A stretch of DNA of 64,000 nucleotides from an uncultured Gemmatimonadales bacterium (GCA_963737835.1 CAVTUH010000001.1:2914022-2978021); one strand, 5' to 3'. Shown: positions 19,942 to 30,432, counted from the stretch's first letter. Numbers and translations: made by a program. The notes: generated by a model not told the origin, from the letters alone.

Positions 19942-20166
19942 ATGATCCGTACCGTATTCATGATTGGCATTTTCGCCCTGCTGGGATTCTTCCTGCTCGG
20001 CACCGTTTTCAGCGTGTTCGGCACGGCGATGGCCTTGACGTTCTGGCTGGTCCGGCTGGCGGTCAAAGTCCTCTTGATCGGCGCCATCATCTACCTCGTC
20101 ATCCGCGTCGTCAGTCCCGAGACCGCACGGCGGCTTCGGTCGCGGTTCTCAGGGTCGTCGTTCTAA
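19942..20166 (+). CDS. Small two-helix membrane protein (74 aa), hypothetical
   Basis: Two clear hydrophobic helices. Strong GC3 codon bias typical of real genes in this genome. Preceded by a 9-codon uORF (19910-19939) carrying the only strong SD (agggagg). Lies on the strand opposite its neighbours. Confidence 0.5.
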   Translation: MIRTVFMIGIFALLGFFLLGTVFSVFGTAMALTFWLVRLAVKVLLIGAIIYLVIRVVSPETARRLRSRFSGSSF

Positions 20167-21115
20167 CGCGTCGACCACCGCCCATACGAGGAGCGGCACC
20201 ATGAGCTCATGGTGTCCTGTGATCTCGTAACCCTGTCCGCCATCCCGGGTCGGTCGATCGACGACATTGACGTGCGGGCGATAGTGTCGCTGCATGTCGA
20301 AGTCCGCCGTGACGAAGCCGGTGGGCCGACCCCCATTGAGATTCCGGCAGACGGTGAGCGCCTTGAGGAACACCTCCGGCATAATGACTGCGCTCCCGAT
20401 GTTGAGCACGGCGCCACCACCGTCCAAACCCTCGAGAGCCGCGGCGAGCCGTCGAAAGTCGCGGTGACTCGTCTCGCCGATGGCGGCCCCATCGGTCGCG
20501 GGGTGCTGGTGGATGATGTCCGCCCCGATCGCCGCGTGCACCGTCAGGGGGATCCCGAGCTGGCGTCCGGCGAGCAAGAGCGACAGCTCCGGGTGCGCGA
20601 GCGCGGTGGTGCGTTCGAGCGCCCGGGCCAACGACTCCCCCATACCCCAGCCCGACTGCATGCCGGCGCTGAACGCCTCATTCATCCCGCGGCCGGTCTC
20701 CTCCGCCATGCCGAACGTCCCATCGCGCAGGCCGCGGGCGACGTCCTCGGAGGTGGCTCCGAATCGCGCCATTCTCATAGTCGTGAATCGCGGCTGAGCC
20801 GTTCATCGCGACGTGGGTGATGACACCGCGCCGCATCAGATCGATGAGCAACGGGGTCAACCCGGTTTTGACGACGTGCCCGCCGACCATCACGATCACG
20901 GCACGCTCGGCGCGGTGTGCGTCGACGATGGCGGTCGTGACCGCTCGGAAATCGCGCGCGACCAGCACATTTGGCAGCGAGTCGATGAACGCACCAAAGG
21001 TCGCGTTGCCCGGCGGCGGTGGGTGCGCGACCTCGGTCGCCGACACCTTGGTGGGTCGTTGGGCGACGGCAATCGTGCGGACGGCGGAGAGATCGGCCTC
21101 GGGCACGCGGTCCAT
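20149..21115 (-). pseudogene. Deoxyhypusine-synthase-like (DHS-like NAD-binding fold) protein, split over two frames (frameshift ~20.7 kb)
   Basis: Two tandem halves resembling DHS (…VIVMVGGHVVKTGLTPLLIDLMRRGVITHVAMNGSAAIHD… and …LNIGSAVIMPEVFLKAL…). The N-terminal part is ORF 20678-21115 and the C-terminal part is ORF 20149-20778. Family assignment is tentative. Confidence 0.45.
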
Positions 21116-21132
21116 GGAGCGGTTGGACGGAC

Positions 21133-22068
21133 TCAGGGTTTGCTCGGCGCGTCGACCTGTCCGGGCTTCCCGGCATTCGCCGGGGGCGGAGGCTCTGGAG
21201 GAAGTACCGCACTATCGGGTGCGGCGCCAGTCGGAACGCTCGCGGCGGCTCCGCGCCCGGGTTGGAAAGATCGCAGGAACATGTCGAGCGAGCCGATACT
21301 CATTTTCGATTTCATTTGCAGTACGATGTGCAGCGAGTCATCGGAGAACCACACTTCCGCGCGGCCTTTGTCGCCAAAGATTCCCGACGTCTTGATGATC
21401 GGCTGGACGACGACGGCCTGAAACGTTCCCGCGGGCACCTGAATGCGTTCCTTCCGGATGACCTTGATCGTGACCGGATTTGCCTTGGGATTGAAGTAGC
21501 GGGGGAACGTATATGTCTCGCCGACGTTGAGCGGCAGCGTGCGAACGAAGAACAGGAACGAGCCATCGTCGAGCGGATCGGGAACCGACGGCTGCGGCGG
21601 CTTGCGGTTGAGCACGTAGAGCGAGCTGTCCGGAAAGATCTCATAGTTCCGGTTGCGAATCCTGCCGCCTTCGTCGAGACGCTGCAGAAATCGGAGCGAG
21701 GACAGCGTGCTGACGTCGAACCAGCTCTCCAGGGTATCGTTGACGTGATAGAATAGCGTTCCACCCTTGATATCGAACACAGTATGCCACACGTCGTGCC
21801 CGCGCAGCGTCTGCACGTTGGCGACGGTCATGACGCCAGTCCCGACGTGCAGGAAACCGAATTTCACATTGTACGTCGCACGCTCGCCGACCGAGAAAGG
21901 GACCTCGGGGCTCGGCGGCACACTCGTCGGCGCTGGCGGGTCGGCGCCGGCGCGTCCCGAGTCAACGGGCAGGCCGACAGGTGGCGTCGTGGCTTGCGCG
22001 CTGACCGACGCCGCCACCACCGCGGCGATCACCGCGCCCAGTGATGCATTCCGGCGCCGCCGTATCAC
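21133..22068 (-). CDS. Secreted DUF3108-like protein
   Basis: Signal peptide (AVIAAVVAASVSAQA) and a beta-rich body (ATYNVKFGFLHVGTG…) resembling DUF3108. Confidence 0.55.
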   Translation of the reverse strand: MIRRRRNASLGAVIAAVVAASVSAQATTPPVGLPVDSGRAGADPPAPTSVPPSPEVPFSVGERATYNVKFGFLHVGTGVMTVANVQTLRGHDVWHTVFDIKGGTLFYHVNDTLESWFDVSTLSSLRFLQRLDEGGRIRNRNYEIFPDSSLYVLNRKPPQPSVPDPLDDGSFLFFVRTLPLNVGETYTFPRYFNPKANPVTIKVIRKERIQVPAGTFQAVVVQPIIKTSGIFGDKGRAEVWFSDDSLHIVLQMKSKMSIGSLDMFLRSFQPGRGAAASVPTGAAPDSAVLPPEPPPPANAGKPGQVDAPSKP

Positions 22069-22832
22069 GTCGGCCGACCGGCAATGTGGGGCGATGGCTG
22101 AAGGGCCCGAGCGCCGCGGCCGAAGCGGTACAGCATGAGTGCGTCGGCCATCGGGCGCACGCGGCTCGGACGCTGACGCAGATCATACCGCGGGGCGAGC
22201 TGCACCGTCTCTACGCGCCGGGCGAGCGGAATGGTCCGCAGCAACAACTCCGCGTTTGCGGCCCAGCCATTGCATGTGACGAGGCGGGCGTCGGCGCCTC
22301 CAGCTGCCTTGAACGCGTCTCGCAGGACCGAGATGCGAAACAGGCGAAACGAGCTGAACGGATCTGCGATCCCCGGGATGCGCACGAAGGCGCGAAGCAG
22401 CCAGGGCGCAACCCACCGGAGCCGCCGCACGGGAGCTGGCCGTGCCGCGGTCGCCGGCGGTTCGGCCACGACGACATCCGCGCCGCCCTCGAACCGCTTG
22501 ATGAGCTCGGGGATGTGCTCAGGCTGATCCGTGAAGTCGCCCTGCATGATGATTAGCGCGTCACGCCGCGCATATCGCGTACGAGCGGCGGCCGCGCGAC
22601 AGAGTGCGTTCAGGGCTGCGCCATAGCCGACGTGGGTTGCGCCGCGAGTGATACCCAGGGGCAGCACTTCGGCGTAGGGGCGCATCACCTCCGCCGTAGC
22701 GTCCGTGCTCGCGTCGTCGTAGACCAGCAGCTCGTAGTCGCGCGGGAAGCTCTGAAACACTTGACGGATACGCCAGAGCTGGACGCCGATCGTTGGAGCT
22801 TCGTTGAAGACGGGGATCCCGATATAGATCAT
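22065..22832 (-). CDS. Family 2 glycosyltransferase (dolichyl/polyprenyl-phosphate sugar transferase-like)
   Basis: MIYIGIPVFNEAPTIG…YELLVYDDASTD…MQGDFTDQPEHIPEL: GT2 DXD and ED motifs. Start set at the internal ATG 22832; the 178-codon upstream extension is non-coding repeat DNA. Confidence 0.8.
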   Translation of the reverse strand: MIYIGIPVFNEAPTIGVQLWRIRQVFQSFPRDYELLVYDDASTDATAEVMRPYAEVLPLGITRGATHVGYGAALNALCRAAAARTRYARRDALIIMQGDFTDQPEHIPELIKRFEGGADVVVAEPPATAARPAPVRRLRWVAPWLLRAFVRIPGIADPFSSFRLFRISVLRDAFKAAGGADARLVTCNGWAANAELLLRTIPLARRVETVQLAPRYDLRQRPSRVRPMADALMLYRFGRGARALQPSPHIAGRPT

Positions 22833-22876
22833 TCTGCTGTAGTCTGACCTGCTCCGACGACTGGCGCTAGCGCGCG

Positions 22877-23000
22877 TCGTAGATAGGGGAAAGGAGAGAG
22901 GAGAAAGGAGACCAGGACAGATACCTGCGAATCGTCGCGGTCGTTCCGACTCGCGCTGCGCGCGTCGCAGAAAGGAGAAAGGAGAGAGGAGAGGGGAGAC
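22877..23000. repeat. Two purine-rich GGA-repeat tracts (gaaaggagagaggagaaaggagacc; gaaaggagaaaggagagaggagaggggagacc)
   Basis: Same motif class recurs at 30433-30471, 33733-33765 and 53961-53992. Confidence 0.6.
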
Positions 23001-23376
23001 CAAGGCAGACACCGGCGAATCTCGCCGGCGGTTTCTCGAGGAGTACAGGCGTGCCGCGGATGGGGGTCTCAGCCTCCACGGCGGGGAGCGCTCGTTCTGG
23101 CTCGGCGACCGGGTCCTGGCGACGCCGTGGTAGTCAGTGGTCGAGCGCGCGGGGAGCGGGCCGGACCACAGTCCTTCGCCTCCGCAGGGTGCGAGGTCGA
23201 CGCGACCGCGTAAGTGCGGCCGATCACCGACAGCATCCCATTTCCGCACAGGGGGGCAGCCGCTAGGGCGGGATCTGGCGCGCCCGCCCGAAGCAACGAA
23301 CGAGAGCGTGTGAGGCGCAGGTGAATCGTCGAGAGCTCGAAGCGACTGAAGTGCGTCGCTCGGCACAGGGGCACAC

Positions 23377-24219
23377 TCAATTCATTTCGATCGGGGCTTT
23401 CGTGTCGCCCGGCGCTTTCATCACCGGTGGCTCGCTGCTCTGCATCTCGTGAATGTGCTCGATCGCGTGGTTCCAAGCCGTCGGCGGTATGCCGATGTCG
23501 CTCCGGAACGGATACTGGAGCTCGAAAAGGAGCACGAGCATCGATGTGATGAGCACGACCACCGTCGAGGACATGAGCAGGTGGATGCGCATGTGGCGCA
23601 TGCCGATGAGGCACGCGAGGCCAGCGATCCAGACCGCGCCCTCGATCAGCACGAGCCATTGAAACCACGAGATGCCGTCGTCGTTGATCGCAACACGACG
23701 CTGGCGAGCGTCATGGATGATCGTGAGCTGCTGCATCGTGGCGTTCTGCGCGTTGGATTCGGCTTCGTTGGCTGGCACAACTGTTCCCACCGCGTCGATC
23801 GCATCCATTCCTACGATCCCTGCCTTCGCGTCGAACGAGCCGCGCTTCATCGTGGACCACTCGTGCCCCACCATGAGATTCGCATACTGGATCATGTCGG
23901 CGCGCACGCGCTGGCGCGCGGCCGGCGGCAGGCCGACCGCGGTATGCCAGGCATTGATGTCGGCATCCGACTCGGCGACAACGACATCACGGGCTTCTTG
24001 ATGGTGCTGCCACGCGACGACCGTCATGAAGCCCAGGATGGTGCCGTAGATGGTGCCGGCCACCGTGATGATGATGCCGCCCACCGCCGTATGTTGGCGG
24101 AACCGATGGCCGAAGCGATTGCGCAGGCAGAGCTGACTCCCGGCGAAGACCGCGACAGTGAAGCCGATCACCACGAGGAGCAAGACGGCGGAGGGAATCC
24201 GAGCCAGGAACCCCATCAC
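23377..24219 (-). CDS. Hypothetical membrane protein (2 N-terminal + 2 C-terminal TM helices)
   Basis: 280 aa, strongly hydrophobic termini and a soluble central region. No recognisable catalytic motif. Confidence 0.55.
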   Translation of the reverse strand: MMGFLARIPSAVLLLVVIGFTVAVFAGSQLCLRNRFGHRFRQHTAVGGIIITVAGTIYGTILGFMTVVAWQHHQEARDVVVAESDADINAWHTAVGLPPAARQRVRADMIQYANLMVGHEWSTMKRGSFDAKAGIVGMDAIDAVGTVVPANEAESNAQNATMQQLTIIHDARQRRVAINDDGISWFQWLVLIEGAVWIAGLACLIGMRHMRIHLLMSSTVVVLITSMLVLLFELQYPFRSDIGIPPTAWNHAIEHIHEMQSSEPPVMKAPGDTKAPIEMN

Positions 24220-24585
24220 TGAACCCTCCCGCGGCGCGGCCGCGTCTGTGTCGGTTCGCTTGTCATTGGATGGTAAACTCCTTCATCATCGCGTAGGCCG
24301 ATGTGCGGCTTGCCATTACGCGCGTCCTAGAGGTGATGAGTGTGGGTGTGGCCCACGCCTCCACTCTGTGGTTGATATGGGTAGGACGTCGCACGTGGCC
24401 GACGTGTGCGGCGAGCTCGACGATGGCGCGAGCGACGCAACTAGCCGTCGGCCATCGAGCGGCGTGCGAAGCCTGTCGAGAGAGGGGTGGCGCGAGCGCT
24501 GGGAATCGTCACGGCCCACAACCTAGGTGCGCCCGACACCGGCCGGCATTGATTGCTCGGTCAATCTTCGCCTACACCGACCGGC

Positions 24586-25215
24586 TTAGCTGAGGTGGAT
24601 TATCCCGCGCTGGAGGGCCACGGTCACGGCTTCAGTCCGGTCGTTCACCCCGAGTTTCTGCAGCACGTGCAGGACGTGGACTTTGACCGTTGCCTCGGTC
24701 CGGCCGATCCGGTTGGCGATGCCCTTGTTCGAGAGTCCCTTCGCAACGAGGTTGAGAACCTCGACCTCGCGCTCGCTCAGGTCGACCCGCGGCGTGAATG
24801 CAGCAAGTCGCTGGGCGACCCCATTGGGCAGCGCGCGCTCGCCGCAATGCACCGAGCGGATCGCGTCGGCCACCTCGTGGCGCAGTGAGTCCTTGAGGAG
24901 ATAGCCCTGGGCGCCTGCCTCGAGCGCGCGATGAATGTCGGCGTCGCCCTGGTACGTCGTGAGCGCGATGATCCGCGCGTCGGGGAACTCGCCGATGATC
25001 TTCTCGGTCGCCTCGGCGCCGCCCATGCGGGGCATGCTCAAGTCCATCAGCGTGACATCGGGCCGGTGGATCCGAAACAACTCGAGCGCTTCGACGCCAT
25101 CGCCCGCTTCGGCCACGAGCTCGAGGTCCGGGTGCAGCGCCAATAATGCGTTCACCCCATCCCGGTACAGCGGATGGTCATCGACCGTCATGACTCGAAT
25201 GGGTGAAGGGGCCAT
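24586..25215 (-). CDS. Two-component response regulator, NarL/FixJ family (REC + LuxR-type HTH)
   Basis: Receiver motifs (VMTVDDH…, DVTLMDLSMP, ALTTY…) and a C-terminal LuxR HTH (EREVEVLNLVAKGLSNKGIANRIGRTEATVKVHV). Confidence 0.9.
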   Translation of the reverse strand: MAPSPIRVMTVDDHPLYRDGVNALLALHPDLELVAEAGDGVEALELFRIHRPDVTLMDLSMPRMGGAEATEKIIGEFPDARIIALTTYQGDADIHRALEAGAQGYLLKDSLRHEVADAIRSVHCGERALPNGVAQRLAAFTPRVDLSEREVEVLNLVAKGLSNKGIANRIGRTEATVKVHVLHVLQKLGVNDRTEAVTVALQRGIIHLS

Positions 25216-25272
25216 CACCGTAGGGGTAGTGCGTGTCGGCAGACGGGACAATACGTCGACCGGTTAATTCTT

Positions 25273-28200
25273 TCAGCGATACGGCACATCGAGCGCCACT
25301 CTCGTGCCGGAGCCTGGCGCGCTCTCCACAGAGAGTCGTGCACCGATCCGGCTGGCGCGCTCGCGCATCCCCAGCAGCCCCCAGTGCCCCGCGCCGGTCC
25401 CGTCGCCGTCGAGCTCGAAGCCGCACCCGTTGTCGGCGATCGTCACGCGCAGGCGGCGCCACCCGTAGTTCAGCTCCACGCGCACATTGCTTGCCGCGGA
25501 GTGCTTGCGTGCGTTCGTGAGCGACTCTTCGACGATGCGGAGCGATTCCGTCTGCACCGCGCGCGAGAGGTGACGCGGCCGGCCGTGCGTCGTGACGTGT
25601 GCGCTCATCCGCGTGTCCGCGACGATCCGGCGCGCGGCGTCATCGCATTCCGTCGCGAGATCCGTCGTGGCGACACCCGGGAGGCGCATATCCCACACCA
25701 CCTCCCGCGCGTGCGACAGCGTCCGATCGATGAGCGAGAGCACGCGATCGAGCAGCGGCTGTTGTGATGACGAGAGCCCGAGGCGGGCCGAGGTGACATG
25801 CAGCTGCAAGGCGATCGCGCCGAATCCCTGAAGCAGCGAGTCGTGGATCTCGCGCGCAAGTCGCGAGCGCTCATCACGGATCGCCGCAGTACGCGTCGCG
25901 AGCAGCACGTAATACACGCTCCACAAGGTGAGCGCCGCGAGCGACGTCATGAGCACCACGAACCAGGCGCGCCGATAGAACGGAGCCTCGACGACAAGTG
26001 AGACGGTCGCTTCTGATGGACTCCACGCGCCGCCCGCCGCACGGCCGATGACGCGGAACCGGTAGTGGCCCGGCGCGAGTCGGGTGTATGCCGCGGCGCG
26101 CTGCGCGCCCGCGTTGGTCCAGCCGGTGTCGAAGCCGTCGAGGCGATACCCGAACCGCACGCCTGGCCCGTTGGCGAGATCGACGCCGGTGTAGCGGATC
26201 TCGACGCGCCGAATACCCGGCGCCAACGTGACCGTCGGCGCGAGTGGCGTGCGCGTGCCATCGAGGTAGACCTCCTCGATGTGCATGAGCGGCGGCTGCA
26301 CGTCGCGCTCGACCTGTTGGGTGGGGTCGACCGTCACGAGTCCGTGTCCCATCGCGAACCAGAGTTTGCCGGCCGCATCCTTGAATGACCACGGGTGCGG
26401 CCAGCCGGCGGGGTCGCCACCGGGCATGCCGTCCAGGGCTTCGAAGCTCGCCGCGGTGGTGAGCGCTGGTTTGCGTCCCTCGGCGACCGCTTCGAGATCC
26501 GCGACGCTCACGCGGGTCAATCCACGGAGCTGGCCGAGCCAGAGATTGCCGAGTCCGTCGAGTTCCGCGGCACCGACCCAGCTCTCGGGCAACCCTCGAC
26601 TCGCGGTCAGGAACACCGGGGGCCCCCCGGTCACGCGGGCGATCCCATCCGCTGTTCCGACCCACACACTGCCCGGTGGCGACTCGAACAACACCAGGGC
26701 GCGCTCGGCGCTGCCTGGCGGCATGGGCTGCGTCACGAAGCGATCGCTGTCATTCACGGCGCGGGCGAGCCCCTTCTGTGTGGCAACCCAGAGTGTGCCG
26801 TGCGCATCGCGGAACAACCGCTGGACTGCGTTGTCGGCGAGGCCATTCTGCGTGGTGAGCACCGTACGCCGCCCGTCCGCAACGCGAACGAGACCGTTCC
26901 ACGTGCCGACCCACAGCGTGCCATCCGCATCCTCGAGCAGCGCCGTCACTGGTGGCAGGCCGGCCAGCCGCTCGGTGGAGCGGGCGCCACCGAAGCGGGT
27001 GACCGTGCCACCCAGTCGGCCCGCCCAAATGGTCCCGCCCTGCCCCACCGCCAGCGCGTTGATGCGATCGGCATGGTTGACGGGCTCGACCGAGGTGAAC
27101 GCGGCGCGACCGCTCGTGACGCGGCCTTTGAACAACCCACCGGTCGGAGGCGCGAGCCATACCACCCCGGATGCATCCTGCACCATCCCTCCGGGCATCG
27201 CTGCAGGAAGTCCGGCGGATGCGGTGACCACGCCGAATGGCACGGGGCGTAATCGGTTGAGCCCATCGCGTGTCGCAACCCAGATATTGCCGGTGCGATC
27301 GACCAAGATGTCGGCGACGCGATCGTCCGAGAGGCCGTCGCAATGCGTGAAGGAAGTGAAGTTGCGTCCGTCGTACCGATAGAGTCCCGCGCCTCGCGTG
27401 CCGATCCAGAGTGCGCCGTCCGGGCTCATCGCGAAGCATGACACCGCGTCGAGCGCCTGCCCCGCAGGGAGTGGAATCCGGCGGAAGTGGCCGTGGCGCC
27501 ATTGCACGATCGCGTTGGGCATGCCGAGCCAAATGGAGCTGTCCGCGGTGGCATAGACACGCCGCACATCGGCGAGCCCGGCCTCGCCCGGGAACGCAAC
27601 CGCCGAGAGACTGTCATGGTGTACGCGGTAGACTTGCGACGCGCCGACGACGATCCAGATGTCGCCGACCGCGTCGACCGTGATGCCGCTGCCCGAGTAG
27701 CTGGTGCTGACGGCACGTCGGATCTCGGGTGACCCGCCGCGCGCCACGCGAAAAACGCGTCCACTGCGCGTCACGGCCCACACAGTCCCGGCGCCGTCGA
27801 CCGCCGCGACGTTGACCTGGTCGGTGCTGAAGGATGAATCGAGGGCGGTCGCGCGGAGCTGCGTGCCGTCGTACGCGAGCATGCCACCGTCAGTGCCGAT
27901 CCAGAGCCGACCCTCGCCATCCTCGAGCAGCGGATAGATCTGGAGATCCGGGTGTCCGCGCAGGAGCGGGAGCGTCGTGCCGTTGAACACCGTGAAGCGC
28001 ACACCGTCGAAGCGGGTGAGGCCCGATTGCGACGAGAGCCAGAGATAGCCGTCGCGCGTCTCGACCAGATTCGACGTGAACGCGAGGCGCAGGCTGTCTT
28101 GCTCATGCCAGACATCGAGATGGTAGTGGCCCGATGCCGTCGAGAGCTCCTGGCTAGCGAGTAGTGGTGGTACCGTGCTGATCGCGGCGACGAGTCGGCA

Positions 28201-28338
28201 CACGAGCGCCGTTGCGAGGCGCAGGCAGCGCCCGCCATCTCGCATCACCGATCGCGTCCTGCTCGGGCGGCGCACCGAGTCCATCGGTTGCGTCCTTTCG
28301 GCCCGCATCGCTCGCGCGAGACGCGCGATCGCCGTCAC
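25273..28338 (-). CDS. Sensor histidine kinase with periplasmic two-component-regulator propeller (Y_Y_Y) repeats, HisKA_3 and HATPase domains
   Basis: 1021 aa. Many WxG/…IW(V)GT… propeller repeats. TM helix ~aa 780. HisKA_3 H-box (EIHDSLLQGF) and ATPase G-boxes at the C-terminus. Forms an operon with the NarL-type regulator. Confidence 0.85.
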   Translation of the reverse strand: MTAIARLARAMRAERTQPMDSVRRPSRTRSVMRDGGRCLRLATALVCRLVAAISTVPPLLASQELSTASGHYHLDVWHEQDSLRLAFTSNLVETRDGYLWLSSQSGLTRFDGVRFTVFNGTTLPLLRGHPDLQIYPLLEDGEGRLWIGTDGGMLAYDGTQLRATALDSSFSTDQVNVAAVDGAGTVWAVTRSGRVFRVARGGSPEIRRAVSTSYSGSGITVDAVGDIWIVVGASQVYRVHHDSLSAVAFPGEAGLADVRRVYATADSSIWLGMPNAIVQWRHGHFRRIPLPAGQALDAVSCFAMSPDGALWIGTRGAGLYRYDGRNFTSFTHCDGLSDDRVADILVDRTGNIWVATRDGLNRLRPVPFGVVTASAGLPAAMPGGMVQDASGVVWLAPPTGGLFKGRVTSGRAAFTSVEPVNHADRINALAVGQGGTIWAGRLGGTVTRFGGARSTERLAGLPPVTALLEDADGTLWVGTWNGLVRVADGRRTVLTTQNGLADNAVQRLFRDAHGTLWVATQKGLARAVNDSDRFVTQPMPPGSAERALVLFESPPGSVWVGTADGIARVTGGPPVFLTASRGLPESWVGAAELDGLGNLWLGQLRGLTRVSVADLEAVAEGRKPALTTAASFEALDGMPGGDPAGWPHPWSFKDAAGKLWFAMGHGLVTVDPTQQVERDVQPPLMHIEEVYLDGTRTPLAPTVTLAPGIRRVEIRYTGVDLANGPGVRFGYRLDGFDTGWTNAGAQRAAAYTRLAPGHYRFRVIGRAAGGAWSPSEATVSLVVEAPFYRRAWFVVLMTSLAALTLWSVYYVLLATRTAAIRDERSRLAREIHDSLLQGFGAIALQLHVTSARLGLSSSQQPLLDRVLSLIDRTLSHAREVVWDMRLPGVATTDLATECDDAARRIVADTRMSAHVTTHGRPRHLSRAVQTESLRIVEESLTNARKHSAASNVRVELNYGWRRLRVTIADNGCGFELDGDGTGAGHWGLLGMRERASRIGARLSVESAPGSGTRVALDVPYR

Positions 28339-28829
28339 CAGCGTGCTGCACAGTGAGCGACACGATCACGTGCGGTCGAGGCCGGTTGTCGAGAGGAAGG
28401 CATCGCGAGCGACACCGATCGCAAACGCAGAATCTGGTGTGCATCCCAACGGATTGTCAAAGGCGCCCGCGACGGCTGGCAGATCTTTGTGCGCTTTTCA
28501 CGGAGGTGTGACAATGGACCCACGAAGGCGATGCCATTCTCACAGCCAGCCACCCCGAAAGCCGGCGCACCGCAAACCAGTGGTGAGGTACGTTGAGCGA
28601 CGAGTGATCCCAGATTAGGCTGGTGCGGCAGGTCTCGATCATCAACGCGACCGGACCCTGGTCGACCCCGAAGTGATATAGGGCGTCACCCACCAGCCGC
28701 TTGCACTGTCCGGCACGGTGTGCGTCTGATTGAACGACGGCTTGAAGCCGTAGAGCTTGGCCGTGCGGACGTGTTGGCGGGGGCGTCCACGGGGCGTTGC
28801 CGGGGTGGCGGGTCGCCAGTCGAATAGTG

Positions 28830-30416
28830 ATGGGACGGATTCAGTCGCTTGTCGGCGCGATGTGGGTGGCCGGTGTGGTCGCGTGCAGCAGCCCGCCGGT
28901 CATCACGTCGCATGCGCCGCTCAATGCGCCCGATCCCTTGCCCCCGGGCGCCGCGGAGTTGCGCCGCGACCTGTTGGTGCTGGCCTCGGATTCGTTTCGC
29001 GGGCGTGAGGCCGGGACGGCGGACGAAGTGCGTGTCGCCGCGTTTCTTGCCGCTCGAGCCGCAGCCCTGGGGCTGACGCCCGCAGGTGACAGCGGCTACG
29101 TCCAGCGCATCCCGCTCATCCGGACGGCCATCGGAAGTGGAACGCAATTCATCGTCCATCCGGCGCATGGCGAAGGGCGGGCGCTCGACGGGCTGCGACC
29201 ACTCATGGAGCTCGGGCCCGGCTACCCTCCGATACGGCGCGAGGCGGAGGGACCGCTCGTCTTCGTGGGGTATGGTCTCGAGCACGCGGATCACGGCGAC
29301 GATCTCGCACACGTGCCCATCGCCGGCCACATCGTCGTCGTTGTCAACGGCGCGCCGCCCACAGCGGACGCATCGCGGCGGGCCGAGCTCGAGTCACCGC
29401 CGGCGATCGCCATTCGCCTGCAGCGGATTCTGTCGCGGCATCCTGCGGGTGTCATCGTGCTGCTCGCGGGCGCGTCCGCCGACCTGTACGACGCGACGAG
29501 CCGCGCGCTCCGGCGGGGGACGCTGAGCGCCGTGGATGCGGCGTCGGGTGTGGACCGCACGGTGGATCTTCCGCACGCGTCGCCGAGTGAGGGCGAGACG
29601 ACGCCCATGATCCTACTGGGCTTGCCCGCGCACGGATCACCCTTGCTTCCCGAGCGGTGGCCGCGCGACGACCGGCCGCAGGGCTTGCACGGGCGATTCA
29701 CCGGCACGGTGGAGGTCAGGCACACGGCCATCCAGTCGTACAACGTGCTGGCTGCGATTCCGGGACGTGACACCGCGCGGCGCAACACGTGGGTTGCCCT
29801 CGGCGCGCACTACGACCATCTCGGCATCCTGCCGGCGTCGCGCGGCGACTCGGTCGCGCACGGGGCCGACGACGATGGTTCCGGATGCGTCGCGCTGCTC
29901 GCAGCGGCGCGCACGCTCATGCAGGGCCCGCGGCCCAGCCGATCCGTGCTCTTCATCTGGCACACCGGTGAGGAGAAGGGGCTCCTCGGGTCCGGGTACT
30001 TTACATCGCATCCGACGATGCCCATCGACTCGCTCGTCGCCTTCATCGATGCGGACATGGTCGGCCGAAACGCGCCCGACTCGCTGTACGTGGTCGGTCC
30101 GGACGTGATGCCTGGAGGTCGCAGTCGCGCGCTCGGGCTGCTCGTCGACTCCGTGAACGCGGCGCTCCCATTGCCGTTCACCTTCAATCGCTCGTGGGAC
30201 GTCGCGACCGATCCGCAACGGATCTACTATCGCGCGGACTCGTATCCCTATGGTGAGCACGGCGTGCCCGTCGTGTTGTTCACCAGCGGCCCACACGCCG
30301 ACTACCACCAGGTCACGGACGTCGCGTCGCGGATCGACTACATGAAACTGGCGCGCGTGTCGCGATTGCTCGTCGGGATCGCGGACGCAGTGGCGGAGCG
30401 ACGGACGAGGCCCTAG
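28830..30416 (+). CDS. M28-family zinc peptidase (PA-domain aminopeptidase), lipoprotein/secreted
   Basis: HYDHLG…DDDGSG…EEKGLLGS…DMVG…H…D metal ligands. Signal/lipobox (VAGVVACSS). Start chosen at the internal ATG 28830. Confidence 0.8.
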   Translation: MGRIQSLVGAMWVAGVVACSSPPVITSHAPLNAPDPLPPGAAELRRDLLVLASDSFRGREAGTADEVRVAAFLAARAAALGLTPAGDSGYVQRIPLIRTAIGSGTQFIVHPAHGEGRALDGLRPLMELGPGYPPIRREAEGPLVFVGYGLEHADHGDDLAHVPIAGHIVVVVNGAPPTADASRRAELESPPAIAIRLQRILSRHPAGVIVLLAGASADLYDATSRALRRGTLSAVDAASGVDRTVDLPHASPSEGETTPMILLGLPAHGSPLLPERWPRDDRPQGLHGRFTGTVEVRHTAIQSYNVLAAIPGRDTARRNTWVALGAHYDHLGILPASRGDSVAHGADDDGSGCVALLAAARTLMQGPRPSRSVLFIWHTGEEKGLLGSGYFTSHPTMPIDSLVAFIDADMVGRNAPDSLYVVGPDVMPGGRSRALGLLVDSVNAALPLPFTFNRSWDVATDPQRIYYRADSYPYGEHGVPVVLFTSGPHADYHQVTDVASRIDYMKLARVSRLLVGIADAVAERRTRP

Positions 30417-30432
30417 CGGACGCTTCGCGCCC

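Noticed and set aside
22833-23366. N-terminal 178-codon extension of the GT2 ORF (and similar extensions of lipB, dppC, SPFH, NurA and M28 ORFs in the ORF track)
   Set aside because: The extensions are non-homologous and low-complexity, and they cover repeat or intergenic DNA. Conserved domains begin at the internal ATGs, which also give proper operon overlaps.
24220-24585. Possible terminator hairpin downstream of the response-regulator gene
   Set aside because: Inverted repeats are imperfect and there is no U-tract, so it is not convincing.
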